This document shows, in pieces, positions 26,146-34,402 of a stretch of 64,000 nucleotides of DNA (positions are counted from its first letter, which is position 1; the number at the start of each line of letters is the position of its first letter). A program made the position numbers and the translations under genes. The notes under the pieces are model-generated. The model searched no databases and had not been told where the DNA came from. It saw only the letters and a program-made list of their open reading frames with translations. Source of the DNA: Chloroflexota bacterium (GTDB lineage Bacteria > Chloroflexota > Anaerolineae > B4-G1); NCBI GenBank assembly GCA_034189605.1, contig JAXHUO010000001.1, positions 63,606 to 127,605 of the forward strand. The letters run 5' to 3'.

Positions 26146-26573
26146 AAGTGGATCCAGATTTCATAAGAGGGGGCTACTTTGAGATGAAGAACGGTAAACG
26201 GGTAGTCCGGGCCGACCTGATCGCTGAACATGCCCAGGCCTATGGCGAGTTCTTTGCCAAGAACAGGAATGCCCAGGTCTCTAGTAGTCAGTTGCGGGCC
26301 TTTTACAGCGACGTCAAGGCTCTGGAGCAAAAGATCACCCAGGGCGGTGGAGGGGCGTTCGACCGGTATTACTATCTGATCAAGATGCTCAAGTCGAAGG
26401 CCTCCTATGTCCAGGGCAAGCGGTCCGGTGGGCGGGTCTCGGAGGCATTTCGTGACTATGTTCACAAGTGCGTTGACGCGATCGAGACGGAGGATGACTT
26501 TAAGGCGTTTCTAAAGTTCTTCGAAAGCACAGTGGGTTTCTACTACGGAGCCGGAGGGGAGCGAATCAGATGA
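26142..26573 (+). CDS. csm2: Csm2 (Cas11 small subunit, type III-A)
   Basis: 143-aa helical protein in the canonical position, with SSSQLRAFYSDVKAL and KMLKSKASY segments typical of Csm2. Translationally coupled on both sides. Confidence 0.8.
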   Translation: MKVDPDFIRGGYFEMKNGKRVVRADLIAEHAQAYGEFFAKNRNAQVSSSQLRAFYSDVKALEQKITQGGGGAFDRYYYLIKMLKSKASYVQGKRSGGRVSEAFRDYVHKCVDAIETEDDFKAFLKFFESTVGFYYGAGGERIR

Positions 26574-27334
26574 GCGAGAAAATGCAACTCAAAGATTACC
26601 TGACACTGCGCGGCACGCTGCGCTGCGTCACCGGGCTGCGCATCGGCGGCGCGGCCGAGACGATTGAGATCGGCGGGCTGGATAACCCGATTATCAAACA
26701 TCCGCTGACGGGACTGCCCTATGTCCCAGGATCATCTCTCAAGGGAAAGGTGCGGGCGCTTTTGGAACTGCGATTGGACAAGATTGACCCCCGCCCCAAA
26801 GTGGATGGACGCCGCAACCGCGACTACGGCGAGGTGCATCGTCCCGGTGGCTATGGCTGCGAGGGCGAGGACTGCCCCATCTGCCGCATCTTCGGCTCCA
26901 ACGCTGGAGAGGGTGAGGTTGGCCCTGCCCGGCTCATTGTGCGTGATGCTTATCTGACCAATGAGTGGGAGGAGAAAATTCAGGACTGGCTGCTGGAGGG
27001 AAAGCCGGTCACCGAGATCAAGTACGAAAACACGATCAACCGCATCACTGCCATGGCCAACCCGCGCCAGATGGAGCGTGTGCCTGCGGGGATGGAGTTC
27101 GCCTTCGAGATCGGCTATCGCGTCTTTGATACCGGCGACGGCGGCGCGACCGATCGGCGGCTGTTCCAGCGCGTGATTGAGGGGCTGCGGCTGGTCCAGT
27201 CCGACACACTGGGTGGTTCCGGCAGCCGGGGCTATGGCAAGGTCGCCTTCCAAAATTTGATGCTGACTGGCCTGGAGGGCGACGTCCTGGCCCGGGCTGA
27301 TACACTCGATGGGTTGCGTGTTGAACTGTCCTGA
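26570..27334 (+). CDS. csm3: Csm3 (Cas7-family RAMP backbone subunit)
   Basis: LRGTLRCVTGLRIGG...IGGLDNPIIKHPLTGLPYVPGSSLKGKVRALLE and C-terminal GGSGSRGYGKV G-rich loop. Contains a Cys-rich insertion CEGEDCPICRIFG. Confidence 0.9.
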   Translation: MSEKMQLKDYLTLRGTLRCVTGLRIGGAAETIEIGGLDNPIIKHPLTGLPYVPGSSLKGKVRALLELRLDKIDPRPKVDGRRNRDYGEVHRPGGYGCEGEDCPICRIFGSNAGEGEVGPARLIVRDAYLTNEWEEKIQDWLLEGKPVTEIKYENTINRITAMANPRQMERVPAGMEFAFEIGYRVFDTGDGGATDRRLFQRVIEGLRLVQSDTLGGSGSRGYGKVAFQNLMLTGLEGDVLARADTLDGLRVELS

Positions 27335-27389
27335 TGGGTGATCCATCAGCACGGTTGACCGGTTACGATGATCCATCGGTCAGATAGGG

Positions 27390-27735
27390 TATGAAGCATT
27401 TCCGACCGGACATAAAGTGTCCGGTCTACGTAGCAGCGCCCGATGAATCGGGCTTGGGAACGCGGCGACTTTATCGCCGCGTGGTTCCGGTGCAGGGCAT
27501 GGAGGGTTCGATCAGATCGGTATTTCCGACCGGACATAAAGTGTCCGGTCTACGTGGCAGCGCCCGATGAATCGGGCTTGGGAACGCGGCGACTTTATCG
27601 CCACGCGGTTCCGGTGCAGGGCATGGAGGGTTCGATCAGATCGGTATTTCCGACCGGACATAAAGTGTCCGGTCTACGTAGCAGCGCCCGATGAATCGGG
27701 CTTGGGAACGCGGTGGCTTTCGCCGCGTGGCCAGT
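27390..27735 (+). repeat. three tandem 124-bp REP-like units (each three hairpins)
   Basis: The unit start CCGGACATAAAGTGTCCGG recurs at 27406, 27530 and 27654 (period 124). Each unit also has GCCCGAtgaaTCGGGC and GCGGCGActttaTCGCCGCG hairpins. Confidence 0.9.
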
Positions 27736-27759
27736 TGAAACATAAAGGAGCATAGGGTG

Positions 27760-28290
27760 ATGCCTTATTGGCAACTGTTCTATCATCTGGTCTGGTCAAC
27801 CAAGAATCGCCAACCTCTGCTGACCCCCTTGGTCGAGAAGCACATATACGGTTATCTGACCGGTAAGGCCGTTGGGCTCAAGGGTGTTGTCTACGCCATT
27901 GGTGGCACCATAGATCACGTTCATATGGTCGTGGCTATCCCTCCTGCCATTTCAGTGTCCAAGTTTGTTGGCCATGTTAAGGGCGTTGCCTCGACCAGAT
28001 TCAACAAGTCTGGCGTCAGTGACGTACGCTTTGAGTGGCAAGACGAATATGGCGCTTTCTCTTTCGACGCCAAGCGTTTGCCCAACTACATCGCCTACGT
28101 CAAGCGTCAAAAAGAACATCACGCGGCAGGTGCGACCATCCCCATCTTGGAGCGTATGACCTCGGAGAATGTGGGACCGCGTTTGGTGCGGGAGGACGCA
28201 TCGCTTTACGTGACAGAGATGGACACCTGGCGAGCAGGGTTGATAAAGTCATACCCTGTTACAGAAGAGGGCTTTGGTCAAGAATGTTGA
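27760..28290 (+). mobile_element. REP-associated tyrosine transposase (RAYT, IS200/IS605 Y1 HUH family)
   Basis: YHLVWSTKNRQP, HUH motif DHVHMVVAIPP and catalytic-Tyr region NYIAYVKRQKEHH. AAAGGAG RBS lies 9 nt before ATG 27760. It is flanked by inverted REP-like units. Confidence 0.85.
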
Positions 28291-28319
28291 GATTGCCTAT
28301 CCAGCGTGTCATTGGCGGC

Positions 28320-28625
28320 GTATCAAGTCCGATTTATCGGACGTTGCTCCGTAGCCGGGCGACTTTATCGCCCGGCGGTTCCGGCCAGCACGGCTCATCG
28401 CCCGGCGGTTCCGGCCAGCGCGGCTCATCGCCCGGCGGTTCCGGCCAGCACGGCTCATCGCCCGGCGGTCTTGGCCAGCATGGCTCATCGCCCGGCGGTT
28501 CCAGCCAGCACGGCTCATCGCCCGGCGGTTCCAGCCAGCACGGCTCATCGCCCGGCGGTTCCAGCCAGCGCGGTTCATCGCCCGGCGGTTCCGGCCAGCA
28601 CGGCTCATCGCCCGGCGACCCAGGT
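28320..28625. repeat. inverted REP-like unit followed by about nine 30-bp tandem repeats
   Basis: TCCGAtttaTCGGA - CGTTGCTCCGTAG - CCGGGCGActttaTCGCCCGG, then GGCTCATCGCCCGGCGGTTCC(G/A)GCCAGC(A/G)C repeated with a 30-bp period to about 28620. Confidence 0.9.
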
Positions 28626-28708
28626 CAGATTCACAACCCCCGGGTCTCGGAGACCACCAGCGCCACCATCTCACGGTGGTGCAAGCCACCTGAAACGAGG
28701 TCACACGC

Positions 28709-29758
28709 ATGATGAAAACCTACAAACTGACCATCCGCCCCCTCACCTCATTCCGCACGCCACTCCAATCTGATACCATCTTCGGCCACTTGATGTGGGC
28801 GCTGCGCTACACCGAGGGGGAGGATACACTGGTGCAATTTCTGGCCCGCTACCGCGACGGCGATCCGCCGCTGCTCGTCTCGGCCGGCTTCCCGGAAGGT
28901 ACCCTCCCTGTGCCGGTGCTTGGGCCTGAACCGAAAGATCCAAAAGAGAGAGAGCGCAACCCGGCCAACGAGGTCGTGGGGGCCATGTTGCACAAGGCAT
29001 TGGAGGATGGTCGCTACCTGCCGCTCCCGCAATGGCACCAGTTGGCCCAGAATGTGTCGGCACGAACCTTGAAGGGGTTGCTCAGTGATGCCCGGACGAG
29101 ACTGCGAGAACTGAAGAAGGAGGAGCAGGAGCACCTCGTCACCCGTACTGCTGTGGACCGCATCACCGGCAGTGCGCGTAAAGGGCGGCTCTTTGTCGCC
29201 GAGGAGACCTTTTACGGCCCTGGCCGCAAATTCGAGATTTGGCACAAACTGGACGAGAGCGACGACAAGTTGCTCGAACGGCTGGCCCGGTGGTGGCGCT
29301 GGATCCAACGCAACGGCTTTGGACGCGGCAAGTCCACTGGCCACGGCGCGTTCCGCATCGTGGGCCAGGGGCTGGTCGAGGCGGGCGCGGAACTGCCCCA
29401 GGTGGCGAACCCTAACGGATTTGTCACCCTCTCTGCCTGGGTGCCCCGCTCCGGCGACTCTACCAACCCGGGCGACCCCACCGGCGTCACCTACCGCACC
29501 CGCGTCAAGCGCGGCAAACTGGCTGAGGCCTTGGCGCTGTCCAGTCCGTGGAAAAAGCCGCTCCTGATGCTGGAGCCGGGTGCTGTGGCTCGCTTATCCA
29601 AAAAAGATGGAGGGTTACGTGGGTGGTATGGTGGCCTGGTCGCGGGGGTGCACTGGCCAACCCCCGATGTACCAGATGGTGAAAGGGATATTATGCAGGA
29701 CATCGTGCAGTACGGCTATGCCTTCCCGCTGCCGGTGCACATTGAGGAGGGGGCGTGA
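28709..29758 (+). CDS. csm4: Csm4 (Cas5-family RAMP)
   Basis: YKLTIRPLTSFRTPLQSDTIFGHLMWAL N-terminus and GFGRGKSTGHGAF G-rich loop are typical of Csm4. Confidence 0.85.
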   Translation: MMKTYKLTIRPLTSFRTPLQSDTIFGHLMWALRYTEGEDTLVQFLARYRDGDPPLLVSAGFPEGTLPVPVLGPEPKDPKERERNPANEVVGAMLHKALEDGRYLPLPQWHQLAQNVSARTLKGLLSDARTRLRELKKEEQEHLVTRTAVDRITGSARKGRLFVAEETFYGPGRKFEIWHKLDESDDKLLERLARWWRWIQRNGFGRGKSTGHGAFRIVGQGLVEAGAELPQVANPNGFVTLSAWVPRSGDSTNPGDPTGVTYRTRVKRGKLAEALALSSPWKKPLLMLEPGAVARLSKKDGGLRGWYGGLVAGVHWPTPDVPDGERDIMQDIVQYGYAFPLPVHIEEGA

Positions 29759-31086
29759 TGGCCGAGTACTGTTTTCAACTGACCCCGCTCACCCCCATCC
29801 ACGTCGGCACGGGCGAGAGCCTGGAGCCCTTTGAATACGTCATCGCCGGTGACATGCTCTATTGCTTCACCCTCGACGACTTCCTGCTGGCGCTAGACCG
29901 CGACGATCAGGCTCTCTTCGTCCAGGTCGTCGAGCGCAGCGTCCCCGCCACGCGTCACTTTGTCGCCGAGCACGTGGGCGTGGCTGTGAGCGTGGCCCGC
30001 TTCACCGCTACCGTCTCCCCCGCCGCCCGCGCTCTCTACGACGGGCGCATGGAGGGCGGCGTGGCCCACCCTGAGGTCTTTGCCTGCATCCGCACCGGCG
30101 ACCTTCCCTACGTCCCCGGCTCCTCTCTCAAGGGCGCGCTCCGCACCGCGCTGCTCTACCACGCGATGGACAAGGACAACCCCACCCGCGACGCCCGCCG
30201 CTTGGAGCAGGCCGTTTTTGGCTTCCGCACCGTCCAGCAGGACCCCTTCCGCGCCTTTAAAGTGGGCGACGGCAACCCGCTGCAGACCCTCACCCGCGTG
30301 CGGGCGGTGGCCGTCAACACCCGCCGGGCCGGGCGCTGGTCCGAGGATGTGGCCGTGTTGGTGGAGTCGATTCCGGGAACGTTGTCGGATAGCGTGGAGG
30401 AGGCTTCCCAGCACCCCGTTACCTTTGACGCAGATTTCTACCATTACCACGAGCGCGCTTTTCGCCTCAGCCCGAGCGTGGTGCTGGCCGCCTGCCGCGA
30501 CTTCTACGGCACACATCTGGCTGCCGAACGGGACTATGCCCGTGACCTCGCACCGACCGCGGCCGCCTACGATACGCTGGCCGCCCGCGCCGAGAGCCTG
30601 CCCGACCACGCTTGCCTGGTGCGGCTGGCCTGGGGCAGCGGGCGCGATGCCACCACCGTGGCCTACGGCCTGCGGGATGGACGTAGCCCCGCGTCCCGCC
30701 GCCTCACCGCCGACGGCTTCCCGCTGGGCTGGGCTGAACTGGCGGTATTCGACGCCGACGGGCAGCCGGTTGGAGTGGGAGAAACGCCGGTTGCCGTAGG
30801 CGCGCCGCCGAAGCGACAGCCCCTGGACACACGGCCCCGCAGCCTGCACGACCTGCGGGAGGGGATGGTGCTGGAGGGAACCGTCAAGCGCACGGTCAAC
30901 TACGGCGCGTTCGTGGACATCGGCGTGGGACGGGACGGATTGATCCACGTCTCCAAACTGGCAGATGGTTTTGTGGAGCGGGTGGAGGCGATCGTGCGAT
31001 CCGGGGATCGAGTGCGCGTCCAGATCCTGGACGTGGATATAAAACGTCGCCGCATCGGCCTGAAACTGGTGGAGGCCTTGCATTAA
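29758..31086 (+). CDS. csm5: Csm5 (Cas7-like RAMP) fused to a C-terminal S1 RNA-binding domain
   Basis: N-terminal FQLTPLTPIHVGTGE and GDLPYVPGSSLKGALRTALLYH (Csm5 signatures). From about 30850 the sequence reads LREGMVLEGTVKRTVNYGAFVDIGVGRDGLIHVSKLADGFVE...GDRVRVQILDVDIKRRRIGLKL, a canonical S1/OB fold of the type found at the Tex C-terminus. Confidence 0.8.
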   Translation: MAEYCFQLTPLTPIHVGTGESLEPFEYVIAGDMLYCFTLDDFLLALDRDDQALFVQVVERSVPATRHFVAEHVGVAVSVARFTATVSPAARALYDGRMEGGVAHPEVFACIRTGDLPYVPGSSLKGALRTALLYHAMDKDNPTRDARRLEQAVFGFRTVQQDPFRAFKVGDGNPLQTLTRVRAVAVNTRRAGRWSEDVAVLVESIPGTLSDSVEEASQHPVTFDADFYHYHERAFRLSPSVVLAACRDFYGTHLAAERDYARDLAPTAAAYDTLAARAESLPDHACLVRLAWGSGRDATTVAYGLRDGRSPASRRLTADGFPLGWAELAVFDADGQPVGVGETPVAVGAPPKRQPLDTRPRSLHDLREGMVLEGTVKRTVNYGAFVDIGVGRDGLIHVSKLADGFVERVEAIVRSGDRVRVQILDVDIKRRRIGLKLVEALH

Positions 31087-31147
31087 GCTCTACAACTTGC
31101 AACCCTGCATACTTGCACACTTGCACGCTTGCACCCTGGCGCTAACA

Positions 31148-32131
31148 ATGACCGACACAATCCAGCTTCCCAATCTGCATATTGCCCTCTTCCGCTTCAC
31201 CCTGGAACCACGTACCCCCCTCCACCTCCCCCCCTACAAAGGCAGCGTACTCCGGGGCGGCTTTGGCCACGTCTTCAAGCGCACCGTCTGTGTCCAGCCC
31301 CGGGTGCGGACCTGCGCTACCTGCCTGCTGGCCGAGACTTGCGCCTACGCCTACCTCTTCGAGACGCGGCCCCCGCCGGGGAGCCAGGTGCTGCGCACCC
31401 ACGAGGCCGTCCCCCGCCCCTTTGTCATCCGGCCACCGCTGGACAGGCGCACCGAGATTCCCGCCGGCGAACCTTTGACCTTTGGGCTGGTGCTGGTGGG
31501 ACGGGCGATGGGTTACCTGCCCTACTTTTTGGTCGTCTTTCGGGAATTGGGGGAGGCGGGGTTAGGGCGAGGACGGGGGAAGTATATATTGCGGGAGGTG
31601 CGGGCGGTGCACCCGCTGAGCGGAGAGGAGCGGCTGGTCTACGATGGGGAGACACTGCTCGGGACCGGGCTGGAGGTGGCGGCGGAAAAAGTGGCCGCCT
31701 GGGCGGAGGAACTGCCATTCGACCGGTTGACGGTACGTTTCCTGACCCCGGCGCGGCTCAAACACGGGGGAGAGTTTATGCGGGCCGGGGTGGACTTTCA
31801 CGTCCTGGTGCGGGCGCTCCTGCGGCGGCTCTCCTCGCTTTCCTACTTTCACTGTGGGGAGCGGTGGGAGACCGACTATCCCGGCTGGGTGGAGCGGGCG
31901 GAGCAGGTGGAGGTGGCCGAGACGCACCTGAGTTGGGTGGAGTGGGAGCGATACTCGGGGCGGCAGGCGCACCGTATCAAGATGGGAGGTGTGGTGGGCA
32001 GTGTGACCTACGCGGGCGACCTGGCCCCTTTCCGGCCCCTCCTGGCGTTGGGGATGCTGGCACACGTGGGGAAGGGGGCGGTGTTTGGCAATGGACTGTA
32101 TACAATGGCAAATGAACAAATGAACAAATGA
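31148..32131 (+). CDS. cas6: Cas6-family pre-crRNA endoribonuclease (Cys-rich PF10040-like variant)
   Basis: LHIALFRFTLEP...PYKGSVLRGGFGH..., CxxC cluster CATCLLAETCAY, and C-terminal G-rich loop HVGKGAVFGNGLY. It lies immediately upstream of the array. Confidence 0.75.
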   Translation: MTDTIQLPNLHIALFRFTLEPRTPLHLPPYKGSVLRGGFGHVFKRTVCVQPRVRTCATCLLAETCAYAYLFETRPPPGSQVLRTHEAVPRPFVIRPPLDRRTEIPAGEPLTFGLVLVGRAMGYLPYFLVVFRELGEAGLGRGRGKYILREVRAVHPLSGEERLVYDGETLLGTGLEVAAEKVAAWAEELPFDRLTVRFLTPARLKHGGEFMRAGVDFHVLVRALLRRLSSLSYFHCGERWETDYPGWVERAEQVEVAETHLSWVEWERYSGRQAHRIKMGGVVGSVTYAGDLAPFRPLLALGMLAHVGKGAVFGNGLYTMANEQMNK

Positions 32132-32415
32132 CAAATGAACAAATCGAGCATCGGGGGGGGGGGTACTTGTGGAGGTGCTCGAAAAGTGAGGGGATGTGCC
32201 CGCCAGATGTGGGGGGTGGGAGGTGAGGGACTGCAAGATGTGGGGGGTGGAGATGAACCACGTTCGAGCGTCCCCCCTGTTTTGGGGCCGGGCGCGATGC
32301 TCGAAAAATACAAAGTGGGACGTAAATCCCAGGAAAGGGGGCAAAATGAGGCTAAAATGGGGCACGTGTGGGGGAAAAATGGTCAAAAACGCCCCGTGAG
32401 GTGCCGGATAGGGCA

Positions 32416-33650
32416 GTGGAAATGACCTTCCCGATGAGTAGGGGATTGCTACGTAGCCGTCTTGGCCGTAGTCGGGGTCCCCGTAGCACATTGAACACAC
32501 AGTGGAAATGACCTTCCCGATGAGTAGGGGATTGCTACTTGTGCAACGACAGCACTGTCTCAATGCGGTCGGATTGAAGTTGTGGAAATGACCTTCCCGA
32601 TGAGTAGGGGATTGCTACAGTGCCACCCGGAACATCCGGGTCCTCGAATCCAATGGCTGCTACCGGTGGAAATGACCTTCCCGATGAGTAGGGGATTGCT
32701 ACTCCGTCGCCGGTGGTTATGACCGCGGTGTTATCGCGGGGGCCGCAGGTGGAAATGACCTTCCCGATGAGTAGGGGATTGCTACACCAGAGATGCTAAA
32801 ACGGCCCAGTACCCCCACTGCACGTTGTCGGCCGTGGAAATGACCTTCCCGATGAGTAGGGGATTGCTACTGATATACATGCCAATCAAGTTGACGTAGC
32901 CCGTCAATGGTGGAAATGACCTTCCCGATGAGTAGGGGATTGCTACCCATTTTTCACCTCCAAAAATTTTTGGTGGTGGCCCTCAGGGTGGAAATGACCT
33001 TCCCGATGAGTAGGGGATTGCTACGAAGTACCCCATCCGCCCGTGCATTTCGGCGAGCGCAGTGGAAATGACCTTCCCGATGAGTAGGGGATTGCTACCT
33101 GATCCGGTCATCAAAGTCATTGGTGGGAGGCGTAAACTCGTGGAAATGACCTTCCCGATGAGTAGGGGATTGCTACAGCAGGCTCGCCCAGGTGTTCGAT
33201 GGCAGAAGCCATCGTGGAAATGACCTTCCCGATGAGTAGGGGATTGCTACATTGAATTGGACACTCGTTGTTTGCGCACTTCCCACGCTTGCGTGGAAAT
33301 GACCTTCCCGATGAGTAGGGGATTGCTACTGCATCACGCAGTTGACCACCTCAAACTCTGTCCACTCCTCGAAGGTGGAAATGACCTTCCCGATGAGTAG
33401 GGGATTGCTACCAGTTGGGTTCTACAACCTCAGAAAACTCCTGAGTGTAAAAGTGGAAATGACCTTCCCGATGAGTAGGGGATTGCTACCACAGTTGCGG
33501 CGGCTGTGGCCTGGAGAAGGTTAATTAGCAGTGGAAATGACCTTCCCGATGAGTAAGGGATTGCTACGTTCACGGTGACGTGGCCCAGCGGTAAGACTTT
33601 TTTTGAAAAAAAAGTGGAAATGACCTTCCCGATGAGTAGGGGATTGCTAA
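32416..33650 (+). CRISPR. CRISPR array, 16 repeats of 37 bp, 15 spacers of 37-49 bp
   Basis: Repeat GTGGAAATGACCTTCCCGATGAGTAGGGGATTGCTAC starts at 32416, 32502, 32582, 32666, 32749, 32834, 32910, 32988, 33062, 33140, 33214, 33293, 33375, 33453, 33531 and 33614. The last two repeats are mutated (G to A at 33556, terminal C to A at 33650), so the leader is on the cas6 side. The 3' octamer ATTGCTAC fits a Cas6-generated 8-nt crRNA tag. Confidence 0.97.
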
Positions 33651-33840
33651 TTAGGACACTTGTCCGGTAAGCCGCCCAATATGATTGAGTATCTTCTTAA
33701 AAAGTTGGGGAAATTGACGAGACCAAGATTACCACGGATATAGAAATTCACGATAGTATCTGCTCTCTCGTCTGCGGTGGTCTTTATCGTATATTTCTGC
33801 ATCCGGGGTAATCCTACTGTCCCAGAATGTTGAGATGATA

Positions 33841-34098
33841 CCTGGCGACTTTATCGCCAGGCGGTCTACGGCCGGCGCGGGTGGCGCCTCCTCCTCGCCA
33901 ATACGCTCGCCGGCCGGTCTACGGCCAGCGCGGGTGGTGCATCCCCCTCGCCAATACGCTCGCCAGCCAGCCCCGCCGGGGTCAAGTGCCCCGGCTACGC
34001 AGTCACCCCCCCGTAAACGGGGTTCCTGAGCCCGATTTATCGGGCGGGGGCTTTGTAGCCTGGCGACTTTATCGCCAGGCGGTCTACTTCCTCGCCAA
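33841..34098. repeat. REP-like hairpin cluster
   Basis: CCTGGCGACTTTATCGCCAGGCGGTCTAC at 33841 and 34059. Also CCGGGGtcaaGTGCCCCGG, CCCCGtaaaCGGGG, GCCCGAtttaTCGGGC, and a duplicated CTCGCCAATACGCTCGCC. Confidence 0.85.
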
Positions 34099-34106
34099 CG
34101 GAAGGT

Positions 34107-34145
34107 GTGGAAATGATCCTCCCCGATGAGTATGGTGATTGCTAC
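34107..34145 (+). repeat. orphan degenerate CRISPR repeat
   Basis: GTGGAAATGATCCTCCCCGATGAGTATGGTGATTGCTAC matches the array repeat at both ends, with internal substitutions and a 2-nt insertion. It lies about 460 bp past the last array repeat. Confidence 0.7.
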
Positions 34146-34402
34146 ATCCGCTGTTTTCGTGTACAATCGGGTTGCTCATTGAGTGGACTTGTCGGTTCGG
34201 AGATCCTTTGGAGGCGGATTCGCACCGATTTTACTGTGCCAGGAGGTAACTACTCGGGCATACAGCACAACAACGCCGCATTTGTCATTGCGAGGAGCGT
34301 AGCGACGAAGCAATCTCCTATGATGCTACTTGGGGATTGCTTCGGGCAAAAAAACGCCCTCGCAATGACATAGGCTGAGTAGTTACGCCAGGAGTTTGTG
34401 AG

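Noticed and set aside
28035-28773. ORFs 28035-28712, 28306-28773, 28309-28710 and the analogous 38334-38835 and 27443-27755 sets, giving repetitive peptides such as GGSGQHGSSP.
   Set aside because: They are read-throughs of the 30-bp, 39-bp and 124-bp tandem REP-like arrays in several frames and on both strands. They have no start context and no family resemblance.
33342-33524. 60-aa ORF inside the CRISPR array.
   Set aside because: It consists of translated repeat units (VEMTFPMSRGLLP twice) and is an artefact of the array.
34320-34344. Similarity between the hairpin loop/arm TGATGCTACTTGGGGATTGCTTCG and the 3' half of the CRISPR repeat (GATGAGTAGGGGATTGCTAC).
   Set aside because: The shared GGGGATTGCT decamer is also part of the palindromic CATTGCGAGG...GCAATC repeat type. 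That is too short to distinguish homology from chance.
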